A stretch of 64,000 nucleotides of DNA, from positions 320,001-384,000 of the forward strand of contig JASGJH010000001.1 of NCBI GenBank assembly GCA_047601445.1, given 5' to 3'. Positions within the stretch are counted from its first letter, which is position 1. Every line of letters begins with the position of its first letter. The notes below the pieces were generated by a model that was given only the letters and a program-made list of their open reading frames with translations, was not told the DNA's origin and ran no database searches. Below are positions 1 through 10,052 of the stretch, one piece after another. The DNA is from Myxococcales bacterium. Lineage in GTDB: Bacteria > Myxococcota_A > Polyangia > Polyangiales > DASUME01. A program made the translations under genes and the position numbers.

Positions 1-48
1 GAGCCGAAACAACCGAGCGAGCCCAACGAGCCGGACCAAAAGGACTGA
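1..48 (+). CDS. Probable 3' end of a gene entering the window (partial, EPKQPSEPNEPDQKD*)
   Basis: Frame 1 is open from base 1 to TGA at 46-48 and converges on the Kelch gene stop at 51. Too short to assign. Confidence 0.35.
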   Translation, partial: EPKQPSEPNEPDQKD

Positions 49-50
49 GC

Positions 51-1832
51 TCACCAGCGCACGAACTCGGCACTCTCGGCGAGCAATGGCGCGCCCGAGT
101 CGAAGCGAAGGCCGCCCACGCTCAGGGCGCCGCCCTCGGGCAGCCCCGTGGTGGTGTGGAAGGCTCGGGCCGCCGCGAGCCCCAACGCGGGTAAGGCCAC
201 GAGCTGCGCAGGCTGCTCCGGCGAGAGCTGAAAGCGTTCGATACTCATGCTCAGGTTCTCGGAGAGATCACCAAAGCCTCCGCTCAGGAGCACACCGTCT
301 TGGAGCTCGCCCGCCGCTCCGGCAAGGTGCGCCTGCAAGGTCTGACATGGCTGCGTCGCGCCGTCGTTCGCGTCGACGAGCATGCAGCGCCTCAGGTCGA
401 CGGGCTCGCGGCAGCTGCCGAGCGGCGTGACCAGGCTGGTGGGCGCGAACATGGGAGCGGCAGAATCACCGCAAAAAGGCGGGTACGCGGGCGCCACCAG
501 TGCGTGCGTGTGATCGGCGAAGCGCGCCGCCAGCGTGCGTGGGAACGCATACTCGGGGTGGGGCGAGTCGGGGGCGTCGACAGCCGGAAGCGGGAATGCC
601 GTGGTGGTGGCCGAGCTGACGCTACCTGCGGGGTTCGTGCTCGAACTGATCCAGCGTTCCGCCAGCTCCTCGTTGGAGCGCGCGCGATTGCCGCCGAAGA
701 TCCACACCGCGTCCGCTCCCATGCCCTGCATGCCGAGGGCGCTGGGCGTCTCGCGTTCTTGCAGAAGCGCTCCGAGCGACGTCTGGCTCACGCCGTAACC
801 GCCGGGGCGCATGGCGTCGAAGCGCTCGAAGGTGCCCGCGCTGCTCGGCCCGCTGGTGCCGCCCACGAGGAGCACTTGCCCGGGCGCGCTGGTGAGCTCG
901 GCCGCCGCGTGGAGGAAGCGGGCGGCGAGCAAGGGGGCTACCATGGCGGGAGCGGCAGCGCTGCCCACGAAGGCGCCGCGCGCGGGATCGCGCACGCTGC
1001 TGGCGTTCGCGTCGGGGTCGAATTGCTCGAAGGTCGCCAACGCGCTGCCCATTCCTGCAGCATCCACGGGGATGAAGCGAGGCAGGCGCGGGGCGGCAGC
1101 GTCGAACACCAAGAGCGCCTGGCTCGCACCGCCGGCCACGAGCACTCGGCCATCGGGCAAGGTGGTGGAGGTGTGCCCGGCGCGCGCCTCCAAGAGACCG
1201 CCCACGACCTCGTGAAAGCTCAAGCTGTTGGGATCGAACAACCAGGCATCCTCGAGCGCGCTCGCGCGGAAGCAACGCGCGTCCGCGGCGGTGCCCTCCG
1301 GACACGCGACACTGCTCGGCTCGCCAAAGCCGCCTGTGATGAGCACGCGCCCGTCGGGGAGTCGCGCCGCGCTGTGGAGGAAGCGGCCCGGGGGTGCGCC
1401 GCTGATGGGCTCGCTCTCGTTGGCGTTTACAAGGATGATCGGCGCGGCGAGCCGCTCGCCTCCGACGAGGGTCACCGGACCGTACCCGCCCACATAGGCG
1501 ATCTCGCCGCTCGCGAGCTGTCCCTCCACGCGTACGCTCACGCTGCTACCTGCAGGCAAGTCGTCGAGCGCGAGCTGGCGCCGCCCCTCGTTGGTCGCGA
1601 GTTCCGAGACCGCCGCCACCTGCAGTTGAGGTTCGGCGTCGCCCACACGATAGAGCACGCGCAGGAAGGCCACGTCCGGCGGCAGACCGGGACCACTGGG
1701 ACCCGTGAGGGCCAGCCCGAAACCGGCGGGCTCCGGCCCGGGGTCGGCACAGCTGGCAAGCGCGTGGAGCCCGAGGACGAAGGTCAGGGCGAGCCGCGTG
1801 CGGGTGGAACCGGGGCTGAGCACGGCGATCAC
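51..1832 (-). CDS. Kelch/galactose-oxidase-type beta-propeller lipoprotein
   Basis: Lipobox-like ALAS-C after a hydrophobic N-terminus; repeated RxxHxxxxLxDGRVLxxGG Kelch motifs (RFLHSAARLPDGRVLITGG, RAGHTSTTLPDGRVLVAGG). Confidence 0.75.
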   Translation of the reverse strand: MIAVLSPGSTRTRLALTFVLGLHALASCADPGPEPAGFGLALTGPSGPGLPPDVAFLRVLYRVGDAEPQLQVAAVSELATNEGRRQLALDDLPAGSSVSVRVEGQLASGEIAYVGGYGPVTLVGGERLAAPIILVNANESEPISGAPPGRFLHSAARLPDGRVLITGGFGEPSSVACPEGTAADARCFRASALEDAWLFDPNSLSFHEVVGGLLEARAGHTSTTLPDGRVLVAGGASQALLVFDAAAPRLPRFIPVDAAGMGSALATFEQFDPDANASSVRDPARGAFVGSAAAPAMVAPLLAARFLHAAAELTSAPGQVLLVGGTSGPSSAGTFERFDAMRPGGYGVSQTSLGALLQERETPSALGMQGMGADAVWIFGGNRARSNEELAERWISSSTNPAGSVSSATTTAFPLPAVDAPDSPHPEYAFPRTLAARFADHTHALVAPAYPPFCGDSAAPMFAPTSLVTPLGSCREPVDLRRCMLVDANDGATQPCQTLQAHLAGAAGELQDGVLLSGGFGDLSENLSMSIERFQLSPEQPAQLVALPALGLAAARAFHTTTGLPEGGALSVGGLRFDSGAPLLAESAEFVRW

Positions 1833-1854
1833 CTATCAGAGTCGCCCGGAGCTG

Positions 1855-2730
1855 TCACTTCTGGCCGCGTAAGGCTACGACCCTGGCGTAGAGCTCTCGC
1901 TTGTCGAGTCCGTGCAGCGTCGCGAGCTCCCGCGCGATCTCCTTGGCACCGAGCCCCCTGGCGAGGCGCTCGCGGATCGAGGCCTCGATGTCCAGGGCCT
2001 CGGCAGCCTCGAGTTCGGGGTCCAGCTCGGCAGCGTCGCTCTCTTCCGCGGAGACCCCGTGACCCTCGATCACGAGCGTGATTTCCCCGCGGGGCTCCTG
2101 TTCCGTGAAATGGGCTACCAACTCCGCGAGGGAACCGCGCGCGGTCTCTTCGTGCAGCTTGGTGAGCTCGCGGCAGACCGCTGCCCGCCGGGTCTCGCCG
2201 CAGACTTGCGACAGCTCCCGCAGGGTATCGAGCAGGCGATTGGGGGCCTCGAACATCACGCTCGCCAATCGATCGCGCGCGATCTCCCCCAGGGACTCGC
2301 GGCGTCTGCGCCCCGAGCGCGGCAGAAAACCCACGAACCGGAACTGGTCCGTGCGCAGCCCGGAGACGCACAGGGCGGTGATGACAGCGCTCGCGCCCGG
2401 CACCGCCTCCACCGCCACGCCGCGCGCGATTGCAGCCTGCACCAGTGCCGCCCCCGGGTCGCTCACCAGCGGGGTCCCCGCGTCGGTCACCAGGGCGAAG
2501 TGCTTGCCTTCCGCGAGCTCGTCGGCGAGGCCCTCCACCCGGTCGCGCGAGCTGTGCGCATGGAGCGATGCGAGGGGCGTCTCGATGTTGTGATGCGCGA
2601 GCAGCGTCCTCGAGCGCCGGGTGTCTTCGGCGAGCACGCGCTCGGCCTCACGCAGCACACGCAAGGCACGCAAGCTGATGTCCTCGAGGTTGCCGATTGG
2701 CGTCGCCACCAGCCACAGACGACCGCTCAC
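1855..2730 (-). CDS. rsmI: 16S rRNA (cytidine1402-2'-O)-methyltransferase
   Basis: LVATPIGNLEDI, AEDTR, LVTDAGTPLVSDPG, VPGASA and RELTKLHEE motifs. Confidence 0.95.
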   Translation of the reverse strand: MSGRLWLVATPIGNLEDISLRALRVLREAERVLAEDTRRSRTLLAHHNIETPLASLHAHSSRDRVEGLADELAEGKHFALVTDAGTPLVSDPGAALVQAAIARGVAVEAVPGASAVITALCVSGLRTDQFRFVGFLPRSGRRRRESLGEIARDRLASVMFEAPNRLLDTLRELSQVCGETRRAAVCRELTKLHEETARGSLAELVAHFTEQEPRGEITLVIEGHGVSAEESDAAELDPELEAAEALDIEASIRERLARGLGAKEIARELATLHGLDKRELYARVVALRGQK

Positions 2731-3935
2731 GGCTCGAGCATCTCGTTCCCCAGCTTCTCCTCGAGATACTTCTTGAGGCGGAGCTGGAGCCGCTTCTCGA
2801 GCTGGCGCACGCGCTCACGACTGACGCCGAAGTCCGCGCCCAGCTCTTGCAGCGTGCGTGGGTCTTCTGCGAGCAGGCGTTGATCGAAGATTTGTCGCTC
2901 CTTGCCGGTCAAGGTCTCGCCGAAGGTGCGCAGTTCGCGGTGCAGGATTTGCCCGAGCTCCTCGTCGGCCAAGAGCTCGTCGACTCGCGTGCCCAGCGCG
3001 GGCATCAGGTCGACGCGGCTCTGGCTCTTGGAGTCATCGCCGCCGACGGGCGTGTCCAACGACATCTCACCCGCCGACAGGCGGCGATCCATCGAGGTCA
3101 CCTCTTCGGCGCTCACATCGAGGCGCTTGGCGATGTTCTCTGCGCTGGGCTCGATGCCCATGGCAGCCAGCCGCGCCTTCTCTTTGCTGAGGTTGAAGAA
3201 CAACTTGCGCTGGGCTTGCGTGGTTCCCAGCTTCACCAGGCGCCAGTTGTTGAGGATGAACCGCAAGATGTATGCGCGGATCCACCAGGCGGCGTAGCTC
3301 GAGAGCTTGACCCCCTTGTAGGGGTCGTACTTCTTGACCGCCTGCATCAACCCGATGTTTCCCTCCTGGATGAGGTCCATCACGTTGCGGTAGGCGCGCC
3401 GGTAGTCGTACGCAATCTTCACCACCAGGCGCAGGTTGCTCGTCACCAGCTGGCGAGCAGCCTCGAGGTCACCGGCTTCGTGATATCGCACGGCGAGTTC
3501 ACGCTGCGTCTCCGCGTCGAGCACCTCGTAGCGGTGCACGTCGCGCATGTAGGCCTGGAGCGCATCGTAGCGAGTGAGTGCGCCGCCGCCGTCGGGCACC
3601 GACTTGAGCGGCAGCTCGTAGCTGCTTTCCGCGCCGTCTTCCTCTTCGGCCGCGCCGGCCAGGGCCGCATCGTCCTCGCGCTCGAATTCGGTGTCATCGA
3701 CGATTTCGCCCTCGAGCGCATCGTCGTCCTGACGCGGGGCGTCGCTGCCTTCCGCGTCGTCCTCGCCCGGTTCGTAGGCATCCTCGGCGAGTTCGCTGGC
3801 GTCGTCGCTTTCCGGGCGCTCGCGTTCCTGCGGCGCGGGCGCTGGGGAGGCTTTGGCGCGTGCCTTGGTGCGGCCCGCGTTGGTGTTCGTTGCTGCCGGC
3901 CTCTTATCGGCCGCTGGTCGCCGCTCTTTGGCCAT
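2727..3935 (-). CDS. RNA polymerase sigma factor, RpoH/sigma-32 family, with long acidic N-terminal extension
   Basis: SNLRLVVKIA, DLIQEGNIGLMQAVKKYDP, RpoH box QRKLFFNL, region 4 TLQELGADFGVSRERVRQLE. Confidence 0.92.
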   Translation of the reverse strand: MAKERRPAADKRPAATNTNAGRTKARAKASPAPAPQERERPESDDASELAEDAYEPGEDDAEGSDAPRQDDDALEGEIVDDTEFEREDDAALAGAAEEEDGAESSYELPLKSVPDGGGALTRYDALQAYMRDVHRYEVLDAETQRELAVRYHEAGDLEAARQLVTSNLRLVVKIAYDYRRAYRNVMDLIQEGNIGLMQAVKKYDPYKGVKLSSYAAWWIRAYILRFILNNWRLVKLGTTQAQRKLFFNLSKEKARLAAMGIEPSAENIAKRLDVSAEEVTSMDRRLSAGEMSLDTPVGGDDSKSQSRVDLMPALGTRVDELLADEELGQILHRELRTFGETLTGKERQIFDQRLLAEDPRTLQELGADFGVSRERVRQLEKRLQLRLKKYLEEKLGNEMLEP

Positions 3936-3992
3936 GCCCGCGTGTTCCCGAGGAAAGTCGAAGCGGGACCGTAGCGCGTTACGGGCCGGTCG

Positions 3993-5039
3993 TCATTCGT
4001 CGTCGTCGCTGCCGGGCGTGGGGGCAGGGGCGGCTGGAGCCGCCTTGGGCCGAGCGTTGGAGCGCCCAGCGGGAATCGCGCGTACCGAGGACACCATCCC
4101 CGAAAGCCGCCAGGCCAGGCCACCGTCGGGCGTCTTCGCCGCCCTGATCTGCGAGCTGTTGTTGGCGTCGAGCAGCGAAAACATCGCTTTCGTGCGCGGC
4201 GTCTTGATCTTGTATGCCTCGGTGAAGCGCACCTGCAGCAGGATGTCGATGCGCGAGCGCCCGATGGGGTCCGCGAAGCGCACGTCGCCGTTGCCGTCGA
4301 GGACCACGTCGTCGCCGTTGGCGTTCAGCTTCCTGACCTGGCCCACGCCGTTCTTCACGTCGAGATCGATCGTGACGTCGCCAGCGTTCACCGGGTCGAT
4401 GGTGAGTCCGCCGAGCGAGCCAACCTTGAGCTTGGCCACGCCATCGCCCAGGGTCAGCCCCTTGATCACGAGCTTCACCGTGCCGTTGCTCTTGGTGGGG
4501 TCCTTGCCCAACGTGACGTCGAAGTCGCCTTGCAACATACCCTTGGCAGGCAGGGCGACCACGGACTCGAGCAGGCCGAGCTTGCCGATGTCGATGGCGG
4601 ACAGCGTGGCGTCGATGTGGCGCTGCTCGCCGTCCTCCTCGTAGGCGCCCTCGACCGCGCCTTGTTCGAGGTCTGCGTCGAAGGTGAGCGATTTGCCGCC
4701 GAACAGCAGGCTGAACAGCCCGAAGCGTGCGTGAGCTTCCTTCACCTTGACCGAGCCATCGTCGACGGGTTTGCCCTTTTCGGCCGGCGCCACGGGCGCG
4801 GCGACCAGCGCCGGGTCCTTCTGTTTGCGCACGACCACGTCGTTGAGCGTGACGCCGGTGAGCCAGTGAGGGGACAGCTCGCCGATCTCCAGGTTGTAGC
4901 CAGCGCCGCTCTGGGAGACCTTGTCGCTGATGAACGCCGCCACGCGGTCGTAGGGGAAGGTCCAGTAGCAAAACAGCCAGAACCACACCCAAAAGAAGGT
5001 GTTGTAGCCGGCCAACATCAGCACCTGTTTGCGGTTCAT
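3993..5039 (-). CDS. gspN: Type II secretion system protein N
   Basis: N-terminal TM followed by TFPYD, a beta-rich periplasmic region, and last position in the gsp operon. Confidence 0.8.
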   Translation of the reverse strand: MNRKQVLMLAGYNTFFWVWFWLFCYWTFPYDRVAAFISDKVSQSGAGYNLEIGELSPHWLTGVTLNDVVVRKQKDPALVAAPVAPAEKGKPVDDGSVKVKEAHARFGLFSLLFGGKSLTFDADLEQGAVEGAYEEDGEQRHIDATLSAIDIGKLGLLESVVALPAKGMLQGDFDVTLGKDPTKSNGTVKLVIKGLTLGDGVAKLKVGSLGGLTIDPVNAGDVTIDLDVKNGVGQVRKLNANGDDVVLDGNGDVRFADPIGRSRIDILLQVRFTEAYKIKTPRTKAMFSLLDANNSSQIRAAKTPDGGLAWRLSGMVSSVRAIPAGRSNARPKAAPAAPAPTPGSDDDE

Positions 5040-5635
5040 GGCGCAGCCCCCGCGGGCTTCACCTCGCCGGCCGGTTTGGCTTCGCTCTTCTTGGCGACGG
5101 GTTCGTACGATGCGATGCCGAGGTCGACCTTGTAGCTGTCGCCCTGGGAGTAGTGCTCGATGAGGATGCGTTCCACCGCGATGGGCGAGCGTTCGTCGTC
5201 GATGCTGGCGAGCAAGTGCATGATGGGTCGCAGCGAGACGCCCGAGAAGCTCACGCGCACGCTTTGCCTGCGGTAGCCGCCCACCACCTTCTCGGGGTCT
5301 TCCACCACTTGGCGCACCTCGAGGCTTTCTTCCTTGGCCTTGCTCTCCACGTAGGCTGCCAGCGCGGGCGCGCGATTCTTGTAGCGCTGTTCGATGGCCT
5401 TACGCTCCGCCTCGCGCTTGTCGAGCACGACGCCCGCGCGGTCGATGTCCGAAAGCACGCTGCGGATCGCGTCGCGCTCCTCTTCTACCTCGGCCAGGGC
5501 AGTGGTGGTCGTCCACACCACCACGAACGCCAGCATCGTCAACAGCACGCCGCCCATGATCGAGAGCATCCGACGCTCGCGGTCAGACAGCTTCTCCCAG
5601 CTCTCGCGGATTCCGTCGAAGAAGTTCATGGTCAA
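5036..5635 (-). CDS. gspM: Type II secretion system protein M
   Basis: WEKLSDRERRML followed by TM, coiled coil and a ferredoxin-like C-domain; lies between gspL and gspN. Confidence 0.85.
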   Translation of the reverse strand: MTMNFFDGIRESWEKLSDRERRMLSIMGGVLLTMLAFVVVWTTTTALAEVEEERDAIRSVLSDIDRAGVVLDKREAERKAIEQRYKNRAPALAAYVESKAKEESLEVRQVVEDPEKVVGGYRRQSVRVSFSGVSLRPIMHLLASIDDERSPIAVERILIEHYSQGDSYKVDLGIASYEPVAKKSEAKPAGEVKPAGAAP

Positions 5636-7120
5636 CGACCTCCCTTTGCAGCTTGCCCGCCACGGGGTTTGGCCTTGGCCGCGCCGGGGCAGGCGATGGT
5701 CCCCGACAGCGTGTAGCTCTTCTTTTCCTGGCCCGGCACCGTGGAGGTCTTACCGCGCTCGAGTTGTTCGATGCACTCGTGGCCGTCGAGCGCGTCTGCG
5801 ACCTGGTCGCGCGCCACCAGGTCGGGCAGCTGCCCCTGCAGCTCGAAGCTGCCAGTCTGGCCCGTCTCGTCCAGCGAGATCTCGAGTTTGCGGGTGTCGT
5901 GGGTCACGCTCAGGGGCACCGCGGCCGAGATCGCCCCCAGCGCCCGCAGGGCGTCGAAGCGCGGCAGCGGATCCTTGTTCATGCCGCCGCCGTCCAGCAG
6001 CTCGCGTGCGCGCGCCGGCCGCGTGGTGCTCTCGCCGAAGCGGTCCTCGGTGACCTTGGCCAGCTTCTCTTGCAACGCATCGCGCTCCTCGCCGAGCACG
6101 CGGTACTCGGCCCAAACCCGGAACGAGTAGCTCAGGATCAAAGCCAGGGCGCAGCCCACTGCCAGCAAGGCGTACTCGCGCAGCTGACTCACGCCGCGCG
6201 GCAACGCGAAGCGTCCGCGGCGCAGGTCCAGGCGCTTGCCGCGACGAGCCGTGCGACCCGCCAGCGCCAAGGCCTTGCCAAACGCGGGCGAGGGGGCGGT
6301 CTGGACCGCCTTGGGAGCCGGCAGAGCCAGGCGCTCCACGGGCAGGTTCAACTCCTGGGCGAGATAGTCAGCCAGGCGTGGGTCCGCCGACTCCTCGCCC
6401 ATCAGCAACACCTTGTTGATCAAGGGGCCGCCCTCGGCTCGGTACTTCATGATGGTCTGCGAGAGCGCGTTGCGGAAGTTGGCCGGGCGCGTGCTCAGCG
6501 TCTGAACGCCCTCGTCGAGCGTGCGCCCCAGCTCACAGGCGCCGTTGCGCAGCACGCATACGTCGCAGCTCTCCACGTCGAGGTGCAGCAGCAACCAGGC
6601 TTCGTCGGCCGGTTGGGCCAAGAAGGGCGTGAGGCCATCGAGGGCGGCCGCACCCACCGCGAGCTCGCGGGGCTGGAGGTCGAGGCGCCCGAGCGAATCG
6701 AGCACGTCCTGGACCACGCTCTCCTGGACCGCGGCCGCCAAGAGCGCGACCTCGGTGCCCTCCATCCGCACCTCCTGGTAGTCCACCAGGGACTCCTCGA
6801 TGGGAAACGGCAGTAGTGGATTCGAGCTCGAACGGCAGAACCTCGGCCGCACGCTTGCGGGCAGCCGCCGGGATGGTGACCACGCGCAACGATGCGCGCG
6901 TGCCGTCGATGGCGGCCACCACGTTGTCAGGACTCGTCCCCAGCTGGGCGAGCAGCTCGCGCACCGCGGCGTGCAACACGCTCTCGCGGGGCGTTCCACC
7001 CTCGATGGCCGGGATGGGCACCTCCACGTAGCGCTCGATTTCCTGGCTGCGCATGCCGGTCCGAATCATGGCGCCGCGCACACTGCGTTGAGAGATGTCG
7101 ATGCCTAGGGTGGTAGCCAC
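5632..7120 (-). CDS. gspL: Type II secretion system protein L (PilM/GspL-like), split by a +1 frameshift near 6819-6823
   Basis: The N-part (TTLGIDISQRSVR...EVLPFEL) continues in another frame as PLLPFPIEESLVDY...TM...periplasmic domain. Removing one base gives a 495-aa ORF. Confidence 0.85.
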
Positions 7121-7195
7121 GGTGCTGGTCTTTCTGCTGCTGGTCCGCGGAGGATGGCCCGCGAGCCCTGACGAGGCGCGTTCGCGCCCAGTAAA

Positions 7196-8572
7196 TCAGT
7201 CGATGCGGTAGTAGGAAAAGATTCCGAGCGGCGGCATCTTGCCGGCGTTCGGCGGCGGTGGCGTCCACTTCTCGTCGGTGGTCACCACGGTGCGGATGGT
7301 GCGGCGTGCGTGTCCCACGCGCCCCGTGCTCTCGATTGTGAGTACGTTGGCGTTGGTGGAGAATTGGCGCTGCATGCGTCGGCGCAGGTCGGCGGGCTGG
7401 GCCGGAATGGTGATGGGGGTAAACATCATCTGCGGCATTCCGAAGGTCTGCAGGAGCGGCTGCAGCTGCTCGAAGAGCGGTCCCGAACCCGAGACGAAAT
7501 TCACGAAGTCGCTGGCGCGCGAGAACCACGGGATGCCGAAGCCCATGCTGTTGGCCATGTCTACCAGCGCGATGAACTTGCCGCGTTCCATGCCCGTGGG
7601 GTCGCTGCACAGGGGCTGGTCGCGGATCTCCACGAACGAGCAGACGGCCGCCAACATCACGTCTGGCCGCGCACCGTTGGGGTTCACGCGTCCACCGCCG
7701 TAGATGGTGATCTGGCGCGACGCCGGGCTGTCGATGTCGGGTTCCACGAAGGTGGCCCAGAAGTCGTCGCCCACGCCGCGCACCAGGCGCAGCTCCTCGA
7801 GCGTATCGTAGGGGGCGTTCTTGATGTTGTAGGGCTCGATCAGGCCGCGGTAGTAGTCGGCGTCCTCCGAGCCAGAGCTCTGCACGGCCTGCAGCACCGG
7901 GTCGTAGTTGGTGCGCTGCTCGTCGGCGTCCCACCAGTCGATGATGTTGGCGAGTACGTCGAGCCGCGTGTTCATGCGCCCCTTCTCGTCGAAGCCCGAG
8001 AAGATGGGGTCGTAGAGGTTCGGGCTGGGGAAGGGCGGGCTGCCCTGGGTCAGCGTGTAGATGGCCTTGGCGATGTTCGCGCGCCCGAGTGCCACGTCCT
8101 GCAGACGCGGGTCGTTCACCGTCATCTTGGTGTTCTCGGCCGAGGCCTGCACCTCGAACGTGCCGCCCGTCTTGCCGAGGCCCTCGGCGAGATCCATGTC
8201 GAAGCCCACGCTGGCCGCGTTCTCTTTGGAACCCTCGAAGTTCGCGAAGGGCTCCAGGATGACGTTGGCGAAATTCCAGACTGGCAGCTGGGGCGGCGGT
8301 CTGCCCTTCATCAACGCGGAGAAGATTGGCGCCACGAGGCTGCGCAGGTTCTTCTCCTGACCAATCAGCATGCGCGTCAGGTTCACGCCGCTCTTGGCCA
8401 AGTACTCGGCGCGCAACTGATCGCGCGCCGCCATGGACGCCGCGAACCCCTGGCCGGTGGTCTCGTGCAGATCGGTGACCAACACCGCCAGGATCATCAA
8501 GGCGATGAGCGACAGCAGCAGGGCAAAGCCCTGTTGTTTCTCGCGCTTTCTGGTCAGTTTGGGGTCGGTCAT
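7196..8572 (-). CDS. gspK: T2SS minor pseudopilin K
   Basis: QG|FALLLSL prepilin-like start without E5; IIDWWDAD, KNAPYDTLEELRLVRGV and GRVNPN motifs. ATG at 8572 chosen. Confidence 0.9.
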   Translation of the reverse strand: MTDPKLTRKREKQQGFALLLSLIALMILAVLVTDLHETTGQGFAASMAARDQLRAEYLAKSGVNLTRMLIGQEKNLRSLVAPIFSALMKGRPPPQLPVWNFANVILEPFANFEGSKENAASVGFDMDLAEGLGKTGGTFEVQASAENTKMTVNDPRLQDVALGRANIAKAIYTLTQGSPPFPSPNLYDPIFSGFDEKGRMNTRLDVLANIIDWWDADEQRTNYDPVLQAVQSSGSEDADYYRGLIEPYNIKNAPYDTLEELRLVRGVGDDFWATFVEPDIDSPASRQITIYGGGRVNPNGARPDVMLAAVCSFVEIRDQPLCSDPTGMERGKFIALVDMANSMGFGIPWFSRASDFVNFVSGSGPLFEQLQPLLQTFGMPQMMFTPITIPAQPADLRRRMQRQFSTNANVLTIESTGRVGHARRTIRTVVTTDEKWTPPPPNAGKMPPLGIFSYYRID

Positions 8573-8574
8573 GA

Positions 8575-9258
8575 TCAGTTCGCGTGGTTGAAGGCCCAGG
8601 TCATGGGCAGTACCGCACGGGTGCCGAAGACTTCTTTTTGCTTCGGGTTGGCGATGCCCGGTACGGTCAGCTTGATGCGCACCTGCGACGGCAGGCGGTT
8701 GACCTGACCCGTGCCCGTGGTGGTGTCCCAGCTCGTCTGCCACTCCCAATTCACGGCATCGAGGTACTCGAGCTCGAACTCGAGCACGTCCTCCAGCATG
8801 ATCTCGATGCGTCCGCCTTCCTGTGGCTTGTCGTCGATGCGTGGGGACATACGGCGGGCCAGCACCTTACCGTCACCGCTCGGATGGTCGGTGAGGAAGT
8901 AAGAGATCTCGTTCTGGTCCGACTCCTTGGCGTCGCGATAGATGCGCGTGTGGGAAACGGATGTGAAGTCGATCCGGTCGCCGAAGCCGCTGTCCTTGCC
9001 CACGAAGGCAGTACGCATGGCCTGCAGCGAGGAGAGCGGGTTGTAGTGCACGGACACGTAGGCCATCGAGAGTTCGCGCACCATGCGCTCCAGGGCCGAG
9101 CTCAGCTCGTGATAGCGGTTGAGCTGGGTTTCGAGCTTGCTCTTGGCGCGCGAGGTCTGGGCGAAGCCCCCGTACACCAGCGCTCCCACGGCCGCGAAGA
9201 TGGTCATGGCGATCATGACTTCGATGAGCGTCATGCCCTGTGAGCTGCGCCGTCTCAT
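8575..9258 (-). CDS. gspJ: T2SS minor pseudopilin J
   Basis: MRRRSSQG|MTLIEVMIA prepilin motif; C-terminal W...WD...LPSQVRIKL. ATG 9258 overlaps the gspI stop. Confidence 0.9.
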   Translation of the reverse strand: MRRRSSQGMTLIEVMIAMTIFAAVGALVYGGFAQTSRAKSKLETQLNRYHELSSALERMVRELSMAYVSVHYNPLSSLQAMRTAFVGKDSGFGDRIDFTSVSHTRIYRDAKESDQNEISYFLTDHPSGDGKVLARRMSPRIDDKPQEGGRIEIMLEDVLEFELEYLDAVNWEWQTSWDTTTGTGQVNRLPSQVRIKLTVPGIANPKQKEVFGTRAVLPMTWAFNHAN

Positions 9259-10052
9259 TTGGTCGCCGGTGCGGTGGGGGGGGTGGCGGTTTGAGTGCCC
9301 ATGCCGGTCGCGGGCGGCGGGGCGTTGTCGTCCTCGTCGTTCATGTTCGGCAGGAAGGGCGCCTCGTTGACGAGGAACTGGACCACGTCGAAGGTCTGCT
9401 CCTTCTCGCCTTCGGTCCAATACACGCTCACGGTCACGCGGCGCACCTGCTCCTCGATGATCGGCTTCATGATCGGGAAGGCGAAGTCCATCACCATGCC
9501 CGAGATAGGGTCCATGCCGCCGCTGCTGAAGGTGCCGCTCCCGCCGCCCGCGCCGCCCAGACCTCCGCCCGTGCCGCCGCCCGAACCTCCCAAGATCGAC
9601 GGCATGCCGTTGAGCGGGATGCCCATGCTGCTCAGCGGATCCTGCGGGGCCCCGATGGGCGCACCGCCGCCTGGGCTGCTGCTCGAGCCGCTCTGCCCAC
9701 CCTTGACCTTGTCGAGGGCGTCCTTGGCTTCCGCCTCGGTCTTGCCCTCGGAGGACTCGGGCAGCACGATGCGCTCGACCTTCCATTCGCAGCGGAAGCC
9801 CTTGTGCTCTGCCCCATCGCAGCACTCGTCGCGGTCGTCGAGCGCGCTTCCGGGCCAGCCCTCCTTGCCCAGCTTCTCCTCGATCTCGCCCATCTTGCAG
9901 CGCGCGAGCAGCGAAGCGATGGTGGTGGTGCGGGCGCGTTGCGCAATGCGGATCGCACCTGCTTCGCTCGCGAACAACGAGCTCAAGCCAATCGCCATGA
10001 TGATCACGGCGATCATGACCTCCATCAGCGTGAAGCCGGCCTGACGCCTCAT
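9255..10052 (-). CDS. gspI: T2SS minor pseudopilin I (long, with Gly-rich insertion)
   Basis: AG|FTLMEVMIA prepilin motif; VRRVTVSVYW; position between gspH and gspJ. Confidence 0.85.
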   Translation of the reverse strand: MRRQAGFTLMEVMIAVIIMAIGLSSLFASEAGAIRIAQRARTTTIASLLARCKMGEIEEKLGKEGWPGSALDDRDECCDGAEHKGFRCEWKVERIVLPESSEGKTEAEAKDALDKVKGGQSGSSSSPGGGAPIGAPQDPLSSMGIPLNGMPSILGGSGGGTGGGLGGAGGGSGTFSSGGMDPISGMVMDFAFPIMKPIIEEQVRRVTVSVYWTEGEKEQTFDVVQFLVNEAPFLPNMNDEDDNAPPPATGMGTQTATPPTAPATK

